A stretch of DNA of 64,000 nt from the human T2T-CHM13v2.0 reference genome, Homo sapiens: the NCBI RefSeq assembly GCF_009914755.1, contig NC_060932.1; one strand, 5' to 3'. Each line of letters begins with the position of its first letter. Position 1 is the first letter of the stretch. Under the pieces are notes generated by a model that saw only the letters and a list, made by a program, of their open reading frames with translations, was not told where the DNA came from and did not search any database. The translations under genes were made by a program, and so were the position numbers. Positions 26,903 through 38,046 of the stretch are shown here, in pieces.

Positions 26903-26945
<43 letters not shown>
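26656..26945 (+). mobile_element. AluJ with T18 in the linker and (GA)n tail
   Basis: TSD aattggaagattca / aattgtaagattca; T-run 26780-26797; (GA)n 26906-26945. Confidence 0.9.
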
Positions 26946-26948
<3 letters not shown>

Positions 26949-27899
26949 TGTAAGATTCAAATAGCCCAAAGGTTTCTAAGAGCCACCAGAGAAGAAAGAG
27001 AATCTTTAGGGATGCAGGACTTATTGTTTCCAAATGTGATATCTTTCATCCCATAAGGTCAGAGCTCAGAAAAAAGGAAAAGAGTAAGAAAGCCTCTGTC
27101 ACCTCAGAATTTAAACATTTTTGGTTAACTGTCTTTTTAAGTCTATTTTCTCTGACTGAAATTCCAAAGCTGGGGGAGATTTGGATTGTAGGGAAGGAGT
27201 CTCCCAGGTTCATCTTATCCTTGTTAAACATCTGTCATGATGTTAATGGATGTTTAGTGGAAGCTGGTGGGTCTAACCCTCAACTAAAGCAGTTTTTTCC
27301 CACAGCCCTTCTGCTGGATTTGTGTTGGGAACCACTTTTTATAATTAACCAGCCAGTGCCCTGTCTTTGGGGCAAAAGAAGAGTCAGCTACAATGTGACG
27401 AAAAGAAACAATGAAGAATTTAAAAACTCATATTCCTGTAGCGCTCCTGTTTTGTGGAGGGTTTGTGTATTTTCACTGTCCTCTCCTCTCCCCTCCCAAT
27501 CTCCCTCCTCCCCAGCCTCTAAAATGCTTGCCCTTTCCATAGGTTACTCTTTTCTTATCCAAGTTTTCAAACCTGAATTTGCAACACCTACCATTCTTAA
27601 GAAATGGTGGAAAATTCTTCCAAGAATCCTCATTCATTCCAACTAAAGGAAGAAAGTATGTTTTCTCTTTCAAAAACTAGAGGCAGAGGGAGGGGCTTAA
27701 AGAAGCAAATAAAAGAGGTTTCAGAAGACTAAACAAAGTTAACAATGCAACTACTAAAAAGGGATTGGAAATTATTGAATTCTACAAACTTATTGTTAGA
27801 TTTTTTTTAAAAAACTGGAAAACTGAAGAAGACACCAGATCAAAATGTAAAGTGAAGCCCCATATGATGCCAGTTCACCAAAACCTACTGACCTTCCAC

Positions 27900-28310
27900 A
27901 GTGAGAGAAGTGTGGCTGATGTGCAGCCCAGGCAGGCACCACATCTCCAGGACCCCATGGAGTGGATGGTGGTCACGTGACCACATTCTGGCCAATGGAT
28001 GAGAAGGGTGCTACTTCTAGACAAGTCTGTCACACTTTGCAAGCATGCCCCTCACGTTCTTCCCTTTTTTTTCCTGCTGGCTGGCTATCTGGGCATGACA
28101 CCTAGACAGGCAAGACAAATGGTTTAGAGAATAGAGAATAAACAAGCAGGAAGCAACCTGGGTCCCTGAGTCACTGCGTGGACAAAGCCTCCTGCTGATC
28201 AGGCGCACCACCCAGGACTGTTAGGTAAGAAAGGAATCAACTTCTATCTTACCTGAGTCATTGCATTTTTGGGGTCTTCTCATTACAATAGTTTATTGTG
28301 ATGCTAACTG
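27900..28310 (+). mobile_element. MLT1 LTR fragment
   Basis: ggtcacgtgaccacattctggccaatggatgag...cctgggtccctgagtcactgcgtgga...aagaaaggaatcaacttctatctt. Confidence 0.6.
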
Positions 28311-29535
28311 ATAATTTAGGTGTTGGTCTTTAGCAATTAAATCACAAAGCATATGAACAATAGACTTTTTGTCAACGACCTTATGATTGCTGTATTGGCA
28401 GAGAATCCATGGCAGTGTGACTGTCCCCTTACGTGAGCCCTACGCAGGCAGAAACCATGCCTCCCCCTTACTTACCCTTTGCACAGAAACAGTGCTTCTG
28501 TGTGCAAGGCCAAAAATCACTGGGAGGTAATGCTCCATAGTGACAATGGTGAAGACGACTAGCATGAATCTCTATGATGCAGGTCTGCACTTCTTTGTCT
28601 CCCCTGCTCATTTTCAAAGCTGGCTGAATTCAGCAGGAGGGAAATCTGGCATTAAGCTCAGCTGTTCTCTGTGCTGGGGTGCCACAGAAAATCAACAGTG
28701 GGCACAAGCGTACCCTTGTTTGTCCTTTCTCCAGGACACAACAGCCTCTTTCAATTGGCACCTCAGCAGTGGCAACTTCTTCCACCAAACCAGTCTCTAT
28801 ACTAATGTCCTGTTATCATGGAGGTCTCATCTACCTTTGATGGAGGGCTTTCCAATGTCCCTCTTGGGCTCCACTCCGTCCTCAATGCTAGAGCTTCTCC
28901 CAGTGCTGCTGCAGAAAGCCCTGAGCATCCAGCTATCCATCTATCCAGCTATCCACCACTTCCATTGCCTGACCACAGCCCCATCTCCCCACAAGCAAAT
29001 AACAGCTTCAAGTTACCTTCCGGTTACCTTTTGAGATGGGTCCGTTCTTCTTGTAATGTTTGCAAAACATTGTAGAGGAGAGAGCTAACTACAGGAAATG
29101 CTCTAGGTTTCAAATAATACACATATAAATTGTCTATTCAAATCTGTCAGTTGACACCTGCCACTGAAGATGGCACTGGCAGAGTAAAGGATCTATCTTA
29201 TTTTTGGTGGTATATTGGAGCAAAACTACAGAAATAACTCACATGTCCAGAAATTAGCAGCCTGACAACCTGACTCATCTTGAATACAGGTAAATATCAG
29301 GAAGTAACAAAAAGGGTCTCCAAGTGGCTAGCATACATGAGGAGAGTGGAAAACAAAGATGAAAAGTGGAAAACCCAGAGGAGAGTTCCTAAGACCGTAT
29401 ATTGAAGCCTTTGTCTTTTAAAAATAACAATTAGAATAAGTTAACTTCATCTGGATTCCCAGTCCACAGAGAGTCAGAAACAAAAGCTGAGAATGAAAAA
29501 TGAAACCCCATTGGCTGAAAGTGATGCTGCAGACA

Positions 29536-29575
29536 AAAAAAAAAAGGAAGAAAGGAAAGAAAGAAAGAGAGAGAG

Positions 29576-29618
<43 letters not shown>

Positions 29619-29637
29619 GAGAAAAAGAAAGAAAGAA

Positions 29638-29693
<56 letters not shown>
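29536..29693. repeat. (GAAA)n microsatellite
   Basis: About 160 bp of GAAA/GA units. Confidence 0.97.
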
Positions 29694-29937
29694 GATATTA
29701 AAACAGACACAACTAAGAAACCCATAAGGCTCACAGAGCATTGAGTGAACAACTCACTGTCTGACTAGCCTCAGTTACCCTGAGGATACATCTGTATTAT
29801 AACACAGTTTTACAAGTGATGCACCCAATAGGTTTTTGAGCTTTGGTGTTTAAAAACACTGGACTTTCATCAGTCTGTAAATTTTAATATATAATTGAAG
29901 TACTCACTATTCAGAAATGCCTTTAAATGAGCTATCA

Positions 29938-30252
<315 letters not shown>

Positions 30253-30800
30253 CTATCGTTACCTCATTATAGAGATAAAAACCTCTGGATTAATAGTTCT
30301 GTGTTGTGCACACTCGTTGTGTAAATTAGACTCCCCATTTCCTCATGTACACTCATGCCAAGAGGCCAGCACTAGGAAAACGTCAGCATTCCTTGTGGTT
30401 ATAAGTTGACAACAGAAACAATCCATAGTCTGGAGGTGACCAGGACTCTTGGAAGATGGAGGAACATTTTTCTTGAGGGTAGGTGAAGGCTATAAGCCAA
30501 AGGCAGAGGCTGAGGCACGAGTCAGAGCATGCCTGTGGCTTCTGCATCTGCAGAGCTGGAAGTCTTATCTGCAAAGTTAGTGAAGGAGGCAAAGCTCTCA
30601 CCTAATATGCTCTTCCACTCTTTCTGTACTTATCTGACACTTTCCTCTTCTTTTAAGGTTGAGTTCAAGCTGTATCTTACAGTGCCATTTATGACCACAT
30701 TGGCCCTTCCTGGTCTTCCCCTTCTTAAGTCTGCTCATATGATTATCTAAATTACTCATTTGGCACTTGTCATAACTGTTTTATTTTGTTGTGTATGTAT

Positions 30801-32345
30801 TGTTAAAACAAATAAGAAGGAAGCCATTAGCTGGAGGTTGTCTTGGTAACCAGAGCTCTTATATAAGCAAACCAGAACTTAACTTGAAAACATTTCTTGT
30901 AATTGACTTTAAAACAAAATGAGCCTCAGCCAATTGCAAGCAGCCAACTAGCCAATTGGTTATATAACTAGAGACCTCACATCAGACCATACTCAAATAA
31001 GGCAAACACTTATCTATAGCCAATCAGGTAATTTTGCCTCTGTGTTCAGTCTATAAAAGCTTGCTGCTCATGCTGCTGGAGTGAAGCTCCCTGAATCTCT
31101 TTAAGTTCTGATCACTGCCCAACTTATGAATCATTCTTTGCTCAAATAAAATCTGTTAAATTTGTCTAAAGTTTTTCTTTTAACAATTTGGTGTCATAAG
31201 TGAGATCTGAAGGAACCCTTATGCAACTCTCAGGAGCAGTGAGTGATGAAGCAAAGGTACACACCAGGCTCACTGTGCCCACTGCTCTTTCATTACAACT
31301 GAAGGTCATGGGTGAGTTCCTTCTTAGCTTCCAACTCTGCAAGTTTACATTTTGAGCTCTCTCTGTAACTCTATTTGAATAATTATTTAGCCAGATTGGA
31401 TTCAAAATCAGATTGGATCTGATAATTAACTTTACTGAATCCAGTTAGGAGCCTTGGGTAGGTGGCTTCTGAAAACAGGTTCTTTTAAGATTCCAGGAGT
31501 CTGGGACTTCATTTTGTGAGACACTAGCTACATTTATGTACAAAACTTATGGTTCAAAAACCTGTGTATTTTTGGATAAATAGGTTAACCTTACTAAAGA
31601 TAACATAATTACAGTGTTAACAACAGGGAAGTTTAAACTGGCAAGGCACATTAGAAGAAAAAAGCAGATTCCAAAGTGCCTCAAAAACAATGGGATGGAT
31701 TTTTAATTGGCATGCTGAGGCTTCTAAAAAACTAAACGAATCAAAGACTGCCTTTCCAAAAGACTCTTTACAAAAGGCAAATGAGAACTTTTAAGTATTT
31801 TTTCCACAAATACTCATTGAAAACTTTAGCCATCTAGATCGGTAATGTTGTTCCACGGGCCAGAAATACAGCTCAAATCCAGATTTTTTAACAAACGAAT
31901 GAGCTTTATATTATTGTACCTGGCACATGACTCACACAATTAAAATTTAATAATGAAAGCCTCAGCCAATCACAAACAGCCAACCAGGTTATTGGAGATA
32001 CAATTAGGGACCTCCCATAGGACCATATCCAAATAATGCAAATAACTCATTATATAATACTCAAATACAGCTATATTGTATAGACAGAACAATACATGAA
32101 TTGTTCTCTGCTGAAGTAAACTCTATTAAATTTAATCTGTGACAAGACATGGTGGCTCATGCTTATAATACCAGCACTTTGGGAGGCCAAAGCAGGAGGA
32201 CTGCTTGAGCCCAGGAAGTAGAGGATGCAGTGAGCTATGATCATACCACTGCATTCTAGCCTGGGCAACAGAGCAAATCCCCATCTCTCAAAAAAATAAA
32301 AAATAAATAAAATAAATGTAATTTGTCTAAAGTAATTTTATAATG
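30801..32345 (+). mobile_element. Internally deleted MER4-group ERV1 (MER57/LTR54-like): 5' LTR, PBS-Leu, short internal segment, partial 3' LTR
   Basis: LTR TG 30801 to ...ttttaaCA 31185 with CCAAT boxes, TATAAAA and AATAAA; PBS tggtgtcataagtgagat 31189-31206 (16/18 to tRNA-Leu complement); gcctcagccaat block recurs at about 31959. Confidence 0.8.
32140..32316 (+). mobile_element. Monomer-length Alu (FAM-like or left/right recombinant) inside the 3' LTR
   Basis: Left-arm 5' part joined to right-arm 3' part, then A-tail. Confidence 0.8.
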
Positions 32346-32379
32346 GTATATATGTATGCACATATGTATATATTTTAAT

Positions 32380-33024
32380 TTTTGTTATAGTATAATTTAT
32401 ATATTTCAAATAGACAAAAATTAATATCATTTACAGTATCTTAAGATAAATTGCCTTTGAATGAGAGCTTTCTTCTCTATAGTTTGAGGTCTACAAGACA
32501 TAGCTAGAAAACTTACTACTGTGGAGAACAAAGACCGATGAAATCAAATGAGGGAAGGGGAAGACCTATATTTTTTTCTTTTTAATTTCTGTAATATTGT
32601 CGTTCAGGTGACTGAGAGAGTTTCATATTTTCTTTAGATACCATTAGGCACCAAAGCTCTTACAGAACAACTCTAATGCAATATGAATTCTACCACTTTG
32701 CTAGCACTGATATGTGGCTCTTGGGCCCACTATTCTATTAGCACTATTATATTCATATTGATTTTGTTACAAATCTTACAAACTGGGGGTGCTTCTGGGG
32801 ATTTAGGTTCACATTCCATTTTAAGGTTGTATATTCGGTTTTTATAAATTGTACTTGGAGGCCCAATGATTATCCTTGTCCATCTTGTATTATATCCTCA
32901 TTATCTTCTAGACCCCAAGCTAACTGTGCCATCACTTCTTCCTTTCTGGTCTTCTTTGAGTTCTTGCAACAGTCAGAGATTTCAAGGCACTTTTATTCCT
33001 GAGCCTGCAGTGGCTGCCATCTTG
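32380..33024 (-). pseudogene. UBE2V1: Processed pseudogene of ubiquitin-conjugating enzyme E2 variant 1 (UEV1A-type)
   Basis: From ATG at 33020: [32 protein letters not shown]...[35 protein letters not shown] versus UBE2V1 [34 protein letters not shown]...[35 protein letters not shown]. Intronless, with stops and frameshifts; terminal TAA at 32582-32584 followed by 3' UTR-like sequence. Confidence 0.92.
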
Positions 33025-33620
33025 CATCAGCATTCATGGAGATGGTATTTAAAACCGTGAGTGTGTGTAAGGTCACCAGTGGGGTGAGTGTTCATAGAGA
33101 TGAAAAGAGATACAAGGACTCCTACTTCCTCTTTCCCCAACTGTTTTAGGGGGAAAAAAAGTCATAGGCTGGTGGCAAAATTAATTCTTCAAGAATTTGA
33201 TGCTGTTTTAAGATAAGCATGTGTGAGTCCACACTTTGGAGCATGCAGAAATGAGAAATGAGAAGACAATCCAGCAGCTAAATGACAGAACCCATGGAGA
33301 GAAACAAATGCAGCAAATCCTCCAGTTACTACAGCTCACCCAGCTGTGCTGCTCAACTGCCTGTGGTTGTGGTTGAGCTTTATATTTTGTTTGTTTTGTG
33401 GCATTCTCATTTTGGAAGGAAGAGAAAAATAACTAGAAAACAAAGTTTCATCAGTATTTTAGGACAAAAAGTAACTTCCAGTCTCTATCCTTCAACTTTT
33501 GACAGTCTTTATTCCTGTTCTAAGAGCCGATGAGTAGAGTTAACCTAAAAAGCCACAAGGTCTTGGCTAAGCAAACAAAGGTTCAGTTTCATTCACTGAG
33601 CTATGCTTTAGAAGGCGGAG

Positions 33621-33645
33621 GTAGTAGGTAGGTAGATAGGTAGAT

Positions 33646-33693
<48 letters not shown>

Positions 33694-33710
33694 CAGATAT
33701 ACAGATAGAG
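33621..33710. repeat. (TAGG)n(TAGA)n tetranucleotide STR
   Basis: Direct reading of the sequence. Confidence 0.97.
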
Positions 33711-33902
33711 TTGTATACATAAAATATATATTATGTAAATATATACATAAGAAGGATGACATTAACAGGCATTTTCTAGTAAATTAAGAGTTAGCCAGGA
33801 AATGTAACCATGACACCTTTAACCCCCTCTCCCCAGAATCCCAGTTGACCTGGTATTTACTAGACACTATTGTTGAACCCATGGGAACAAGACTTTTCAA
33901 GT

Positions 33903-33941
<39 letters not shown>

Positions 33942-34599
33942 AAAAGTTGTATATATGTATATACACACACACAGGCACACAAGTAATAAGGCTGGCATTA
34001 ACAGACACTATTGCTGATTTTTCAAAAACATATATATATTACTGTGATCAAATACACATACATAATCTTGAGCATATATTATATAGTGAGGCTGTCATTA
34101 AAAGACGATATTGTTGATTTTTCCACAATACTGTAATACTCTCCTTCAGGTGGCTGGGAGAGTATATACACATATATAATATAATATATTTGTGTGATAT
34201 AATACACATATATAAATAATCTCACACATATATTACATATATAACATTCATAGTAAGGCTGGCATTAACACACACTATAGAACCACTGGGAGCAGGACTT
34301 TTCAAGTTCTAAGCACATAAGCCACATTAAACAAAACACTACCCAGCCCTTAGAGGATTAGGCTGTGGGTCTTTGACTTCTGTGTGCCTTTTGCCACGTT
34401 GGCAGGTGGTACAACTCCTCTTAAATCATCAACCCCAAGCCGTCCAGTTTGCCACAGCCGAAACAACCTTGGCCCTAACAGATGGAACAACGGTCCCACT
34501 CGAGGCAAGTTATCAATGAGGTTGTTAGCAGGAACTTTCCTTATTAGCTTCTGCCAGAAATTACAGTCGGGATGCCTCGTGACTTGGAATAGCGGCGGT

Positions 34600-34705
34600 A
34601 GGAACCTTGCCAATCAAGAGCATCTGTTTCCAAGTCATCTGCAGTGGCCCCAGAGAGGCTCCACCTGATTGGCTGGGAAGGTCATATACCTAGCCAATCA
34701 GAATA
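34600..34705. promoter_or_regulatory. Candidate CCAAT-box cluster
   Basis: gccaatca 34609-16, ctgattggct 34665-74, agccaatcag 34692-701; nearby CpGs. Confidence 0.35.
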
Positions 34706-35724
34706 TTCAAGAGGCCAGTTAAGCAATTTCGTCCACCCTGGAAGATTAAAATGAGCCTGAATGTACTATTGTAACATCTCTTTTCTTTTTCACCAGCCAG
34801 ACTATCCTCTTGCTTACGTGGCTTTTCTAAAAGACCCAAGAAAGTAACCCCAAAGCTATTGTAGAAAAAAAGATAGCATTAAAGATTTTTGCCCTTTCAT
34901 TCTCTTCCTCCTCTGGCCACGCCTCTCCTCTCCTCGGATCTTTCACAGCCTGGAGGGAGGGTCTTGCATCTCACTCCACCATCTTCTTTTTTATTTTTAT
35001 TTTTTGGATTTTTTTTTTCTTTCTCTTCTGGAACTAGAGAGCTGAGTTTTGAAAGTCAGTTTCAGCGAAGCCTTTTTTTTTTAATTAACATTTTGTGTTA
35101 AGTGATACTGCCAGGCTAGGATTGACTTACCAAATAAAAGGACATTAGAAATCCACAGAGTCAGATCAATCTTTAATGAAAACCCAACACAAATTAAAAA
35201 GCCACTGCTAAGTAGCAAGGGGTTGAAGGCAACTCCAACTAATTGGCAGCTATAGCGCTTTCACTTGCTGCCAAATTCCGGAGAACTGGCTCTCAATGCT
35301 GCGCCACCAAATAAGGCCAGTTCTCTACAGGGCTTGTGTTGCTAAGTTGCTAATTAGGATAACGTGGGATACAGAACACCCCTAACCGAATGCAGTTTCT
35401 TCTCAGCATAGATGCTTCCCTGAAACTCCAGGAGATTTAAATGCCCCCTAAAACTCTCCCTGCCATTTTGTAACTTGCATCAGTTAGCGGTGATGAAATT
35501 GCTAAGCAGTATCTGTTCTCACTACATAACGCTATACCCACTCCCTAACAACGGCAGGACTGAACAGGGTAAAGAGCTCATTGGAGTAAGAAATATATTT
35601 CGTATCAGTGGGGCAATAGACCATGCTTTATCAAATCCAGGTCTTTTAAATGATAATACAGAATGATGCTCTTTGCAAACTTTAAATTGTCAGGGTTTTT
35701 CTAATCAACTAATTGTTTAGAGCC

Positions 35725-35892
35725 ATTTTTCTCACCCGTAGCTGCATATGAGAATCAGCTGGGTTCGGGTAGTGGTGCCCAACAGAGGCCAATCATTCAG
35801 AAACTCTGAAGATGGAGCCCAGACATCAGTGCCTGCCTTTCCCCAGTCTCCCTAGCTGACTGGAATATGAAGGTGGGATTGAGAACTGCAGT
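35725..35892. mobile_element. MER5B-like DNA transposon fragment
   Basis: gctgcatatgagaatcagctggg...gggattgagaactgc. Confidence 0.5.
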
Positions 35893-36093
35893 TCCACAGG
35901 AATAAAGTTTATTGTTTCAAATGATTTTTACAAATGTAGAATGGGAAAAAAAAAAGTGTTGTGTAAGGTATTTTAAAACCTGATCATTTACAATCCCTAT
36001 TTAGCCTTATAGCTTTGGATACTCATTCATGGAGTAGGTTTTACCTGCAAAATTAATATTTTTCTCAGAGGTGTCGAGAAAATGATGAGGAGC

Positions 36094-36465
36094 TGTATCA
36101 GTTTGCTGGGGCAGTTATACCAGAGTACCATAGACTAGGTGGTTTGAACAACAGAAACTGATTTTCTCCCTTCTGAAGGCTAGAAGTCCAAGGTCAAGGT
36201 GCTTGCAGGGTTGTTTTCTCTGAAGCCTCTCTCCTCGGCATGCAGATGGCCATGTCTTATTGCGTCTTCACGGATTCTTTCTTCTGTGTGTCTGTGTCCC
36301 AATCTCGTCTCAAGGATATCAGTCATGTTTGGATTTGATCCACACTTATGACCTCACTTTACATTAATTACCTTTATAAAGGCCCTATCACCAAACAGTC
36401 ACATTCTGAAGTACTGAGAGTTAAGATGCCAACGTATGAATTTGGAGGTGGGGGGCACAATTCAG
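36094..36465 (-). mobile_element. MLT1A/B solo LTR
   Basis: tgtatcagtttgctggggc...gaaggctagaagtccaaggtcaaggtg...cagtcacattctgaagtactg. Confidence 0.8.
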
Positions 36466-36499
36466 TACATAAAAGGCATTTTGAAGTGATAGTGGATGT

Positions 36500-36501
<2 letters not shown>

Positions 36502-36534
<33 letters not shown>
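36502..36534. repeat. (TG)n microsatellite
   Basis: Direct reading of the sequence. Confidence 0.97.
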
Positions 36535-36536
<2 letters not shown>

Positions 36537-36546
36537 ATGCGGTAGA

Positions 36547-37088
36547 GTGACAGTTAAGATTGAGTGCCAACTAGATTGGATGGAAGGGTGCAAAGTATTA
36601 TTTCTGGGTGTGTCTGTGAGGGTGTTGCCAAAGGAGATTAACATTTGAGTCAGTGGACTGGGAGAGGCACACCCACCCTCAATCTGGGTGGGCAGCATCT
36701 AATCAGCTGCCAGCACAGCTAGAATAAAGCAGGCAGAAGAAGGTGGAAGGAGCCGACGTGCTGAGTCTTCCAGGCTTCATCTTTCTCCTGTGCTGGATGC
36801 TTCCTGCCCTCGAACATCAGACTCCAAATTCTTCAGCTTTTGGACTCTTGGATTTACACCAGTGGTTTGCTAGAGCCTCTCGGGGCGTTGGCCACAGACC
36901 GAAGGCTGCACTATCGGCTTCCCTACTTTTGAGGTTTTGGGACTCAGAATGGCTTCCTTGCTCCTCAGCTTGCAGACAGACTATTGTGGGACGTCAACTT
37001 GTGATGGTGTGAGTCAATGCTCCTTAATAAACTCCCCTTCATATATACACATCTATCCTATTCTGGCCCTCTAGAGAACCCTGATACA
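36547..37088 (+). mobile_element. MLT2A (HERV-L) solo LTR
   Basis: ctgggtgtgtctgtgagggtgttgccaaaggagattaacatttgagtcagtggactgggagaggc...ctctagagaaccctgataca. Confidence 0.88.
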
Positions 37089-37714
37089 GGTGGTGGTGCT
37101 GGGAAGGTGAAAATTCCTCTTTAAATCAAATTTATTTTTTTTAAAAAAGACACTGAGAATAGATTCAAAAGTTGCCTGGGCATGTGTAAAGATCTTGAAC
37201 CACGGCCCATCATGATGGGAAGATTGTGCCAGAGGAAGGAAGTCTTAGGACCCACTGAAACTCTAGTGCTGCGGGTTTCCAGGAGATGCCTTGTAAAGAC
37301 GTAAAGAATCACCTACTCATTTGAATTCTTCAATTGCCTCCATTGTTCAGAATGCACCAGACAGCCTAGGATGCTCTAAGAGCATGGCGTAATAGGCCTT
37401 CCCTTCCCAAAAGATCTCTCCTTTCTTGGCTCCTCAAATGCTTGCAAATTTTATATTCATTGAAAAGGTAAAGCAGTCTGTACAATGTGTGAAGTCTTGG
37501 TGCTCTTGAACTGTAGACATCTGTTTAGTTAAAACACTGAAAAATAATTTTTTTCACCTTAATAATCCACTCCCTAAAATTGTGGTTCCTGGGAAATATC
37601 GCCTCAGTGCGTTTGAACTTTAGTGCTGAGTTTAGCTTTTATAACATTGCATATTTCCAGAAATGAGAATGAGAGCAAATATAGAAACAAAACAGAAGGA
37701 GAAATTACAATATC

Positions 37715-38046
37715 TGTGTGTGTGCGTATGTTCATGTGTGTATGTGCGTATGTTCATGTGTGCACACATGTATATGTATCATGTGTGCATGTGTGTACAT
37801 GTGTGTGCATGTGCATGTGAGCATGTATCTGTGTATACACGTGTGTATGTGTGTATATATGTGCACGTGTGCATGTGCATATACACATGTGTAAGTGCAT
37901 GTATTATGTGTATGTCCACACATACATATGTGTATGCATGTATGTGTATTGTTCATGTGTGTATGAGTATGTGCCTGTGTATGTGTGCACATGTGTGTGC
38001 ACACAAGTGTGTATGTGCATGGATGTGTTGAGTGTGTGTATGTATG
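37715..38046. repeat. Degenerate (TG/CA/TA)n alternating purine-pyrimidine tract
   Basis: About 330 bp of mixed TG, CATG and TA units. Confidence 0.92.

Noticed and set aside
29418-29752. KERK- or SFFL-repeat ORFs
   Set aside because: Translations of the (GAAA)n microsatellite
35241-35332. Canonical H/ACA snoRNA
   Set aside because: ACA follows hairpin 2, but the hinge lacks ANANNA and both hairpins are much shorter than typical H/ACA stems; kept only as an unexplained structure
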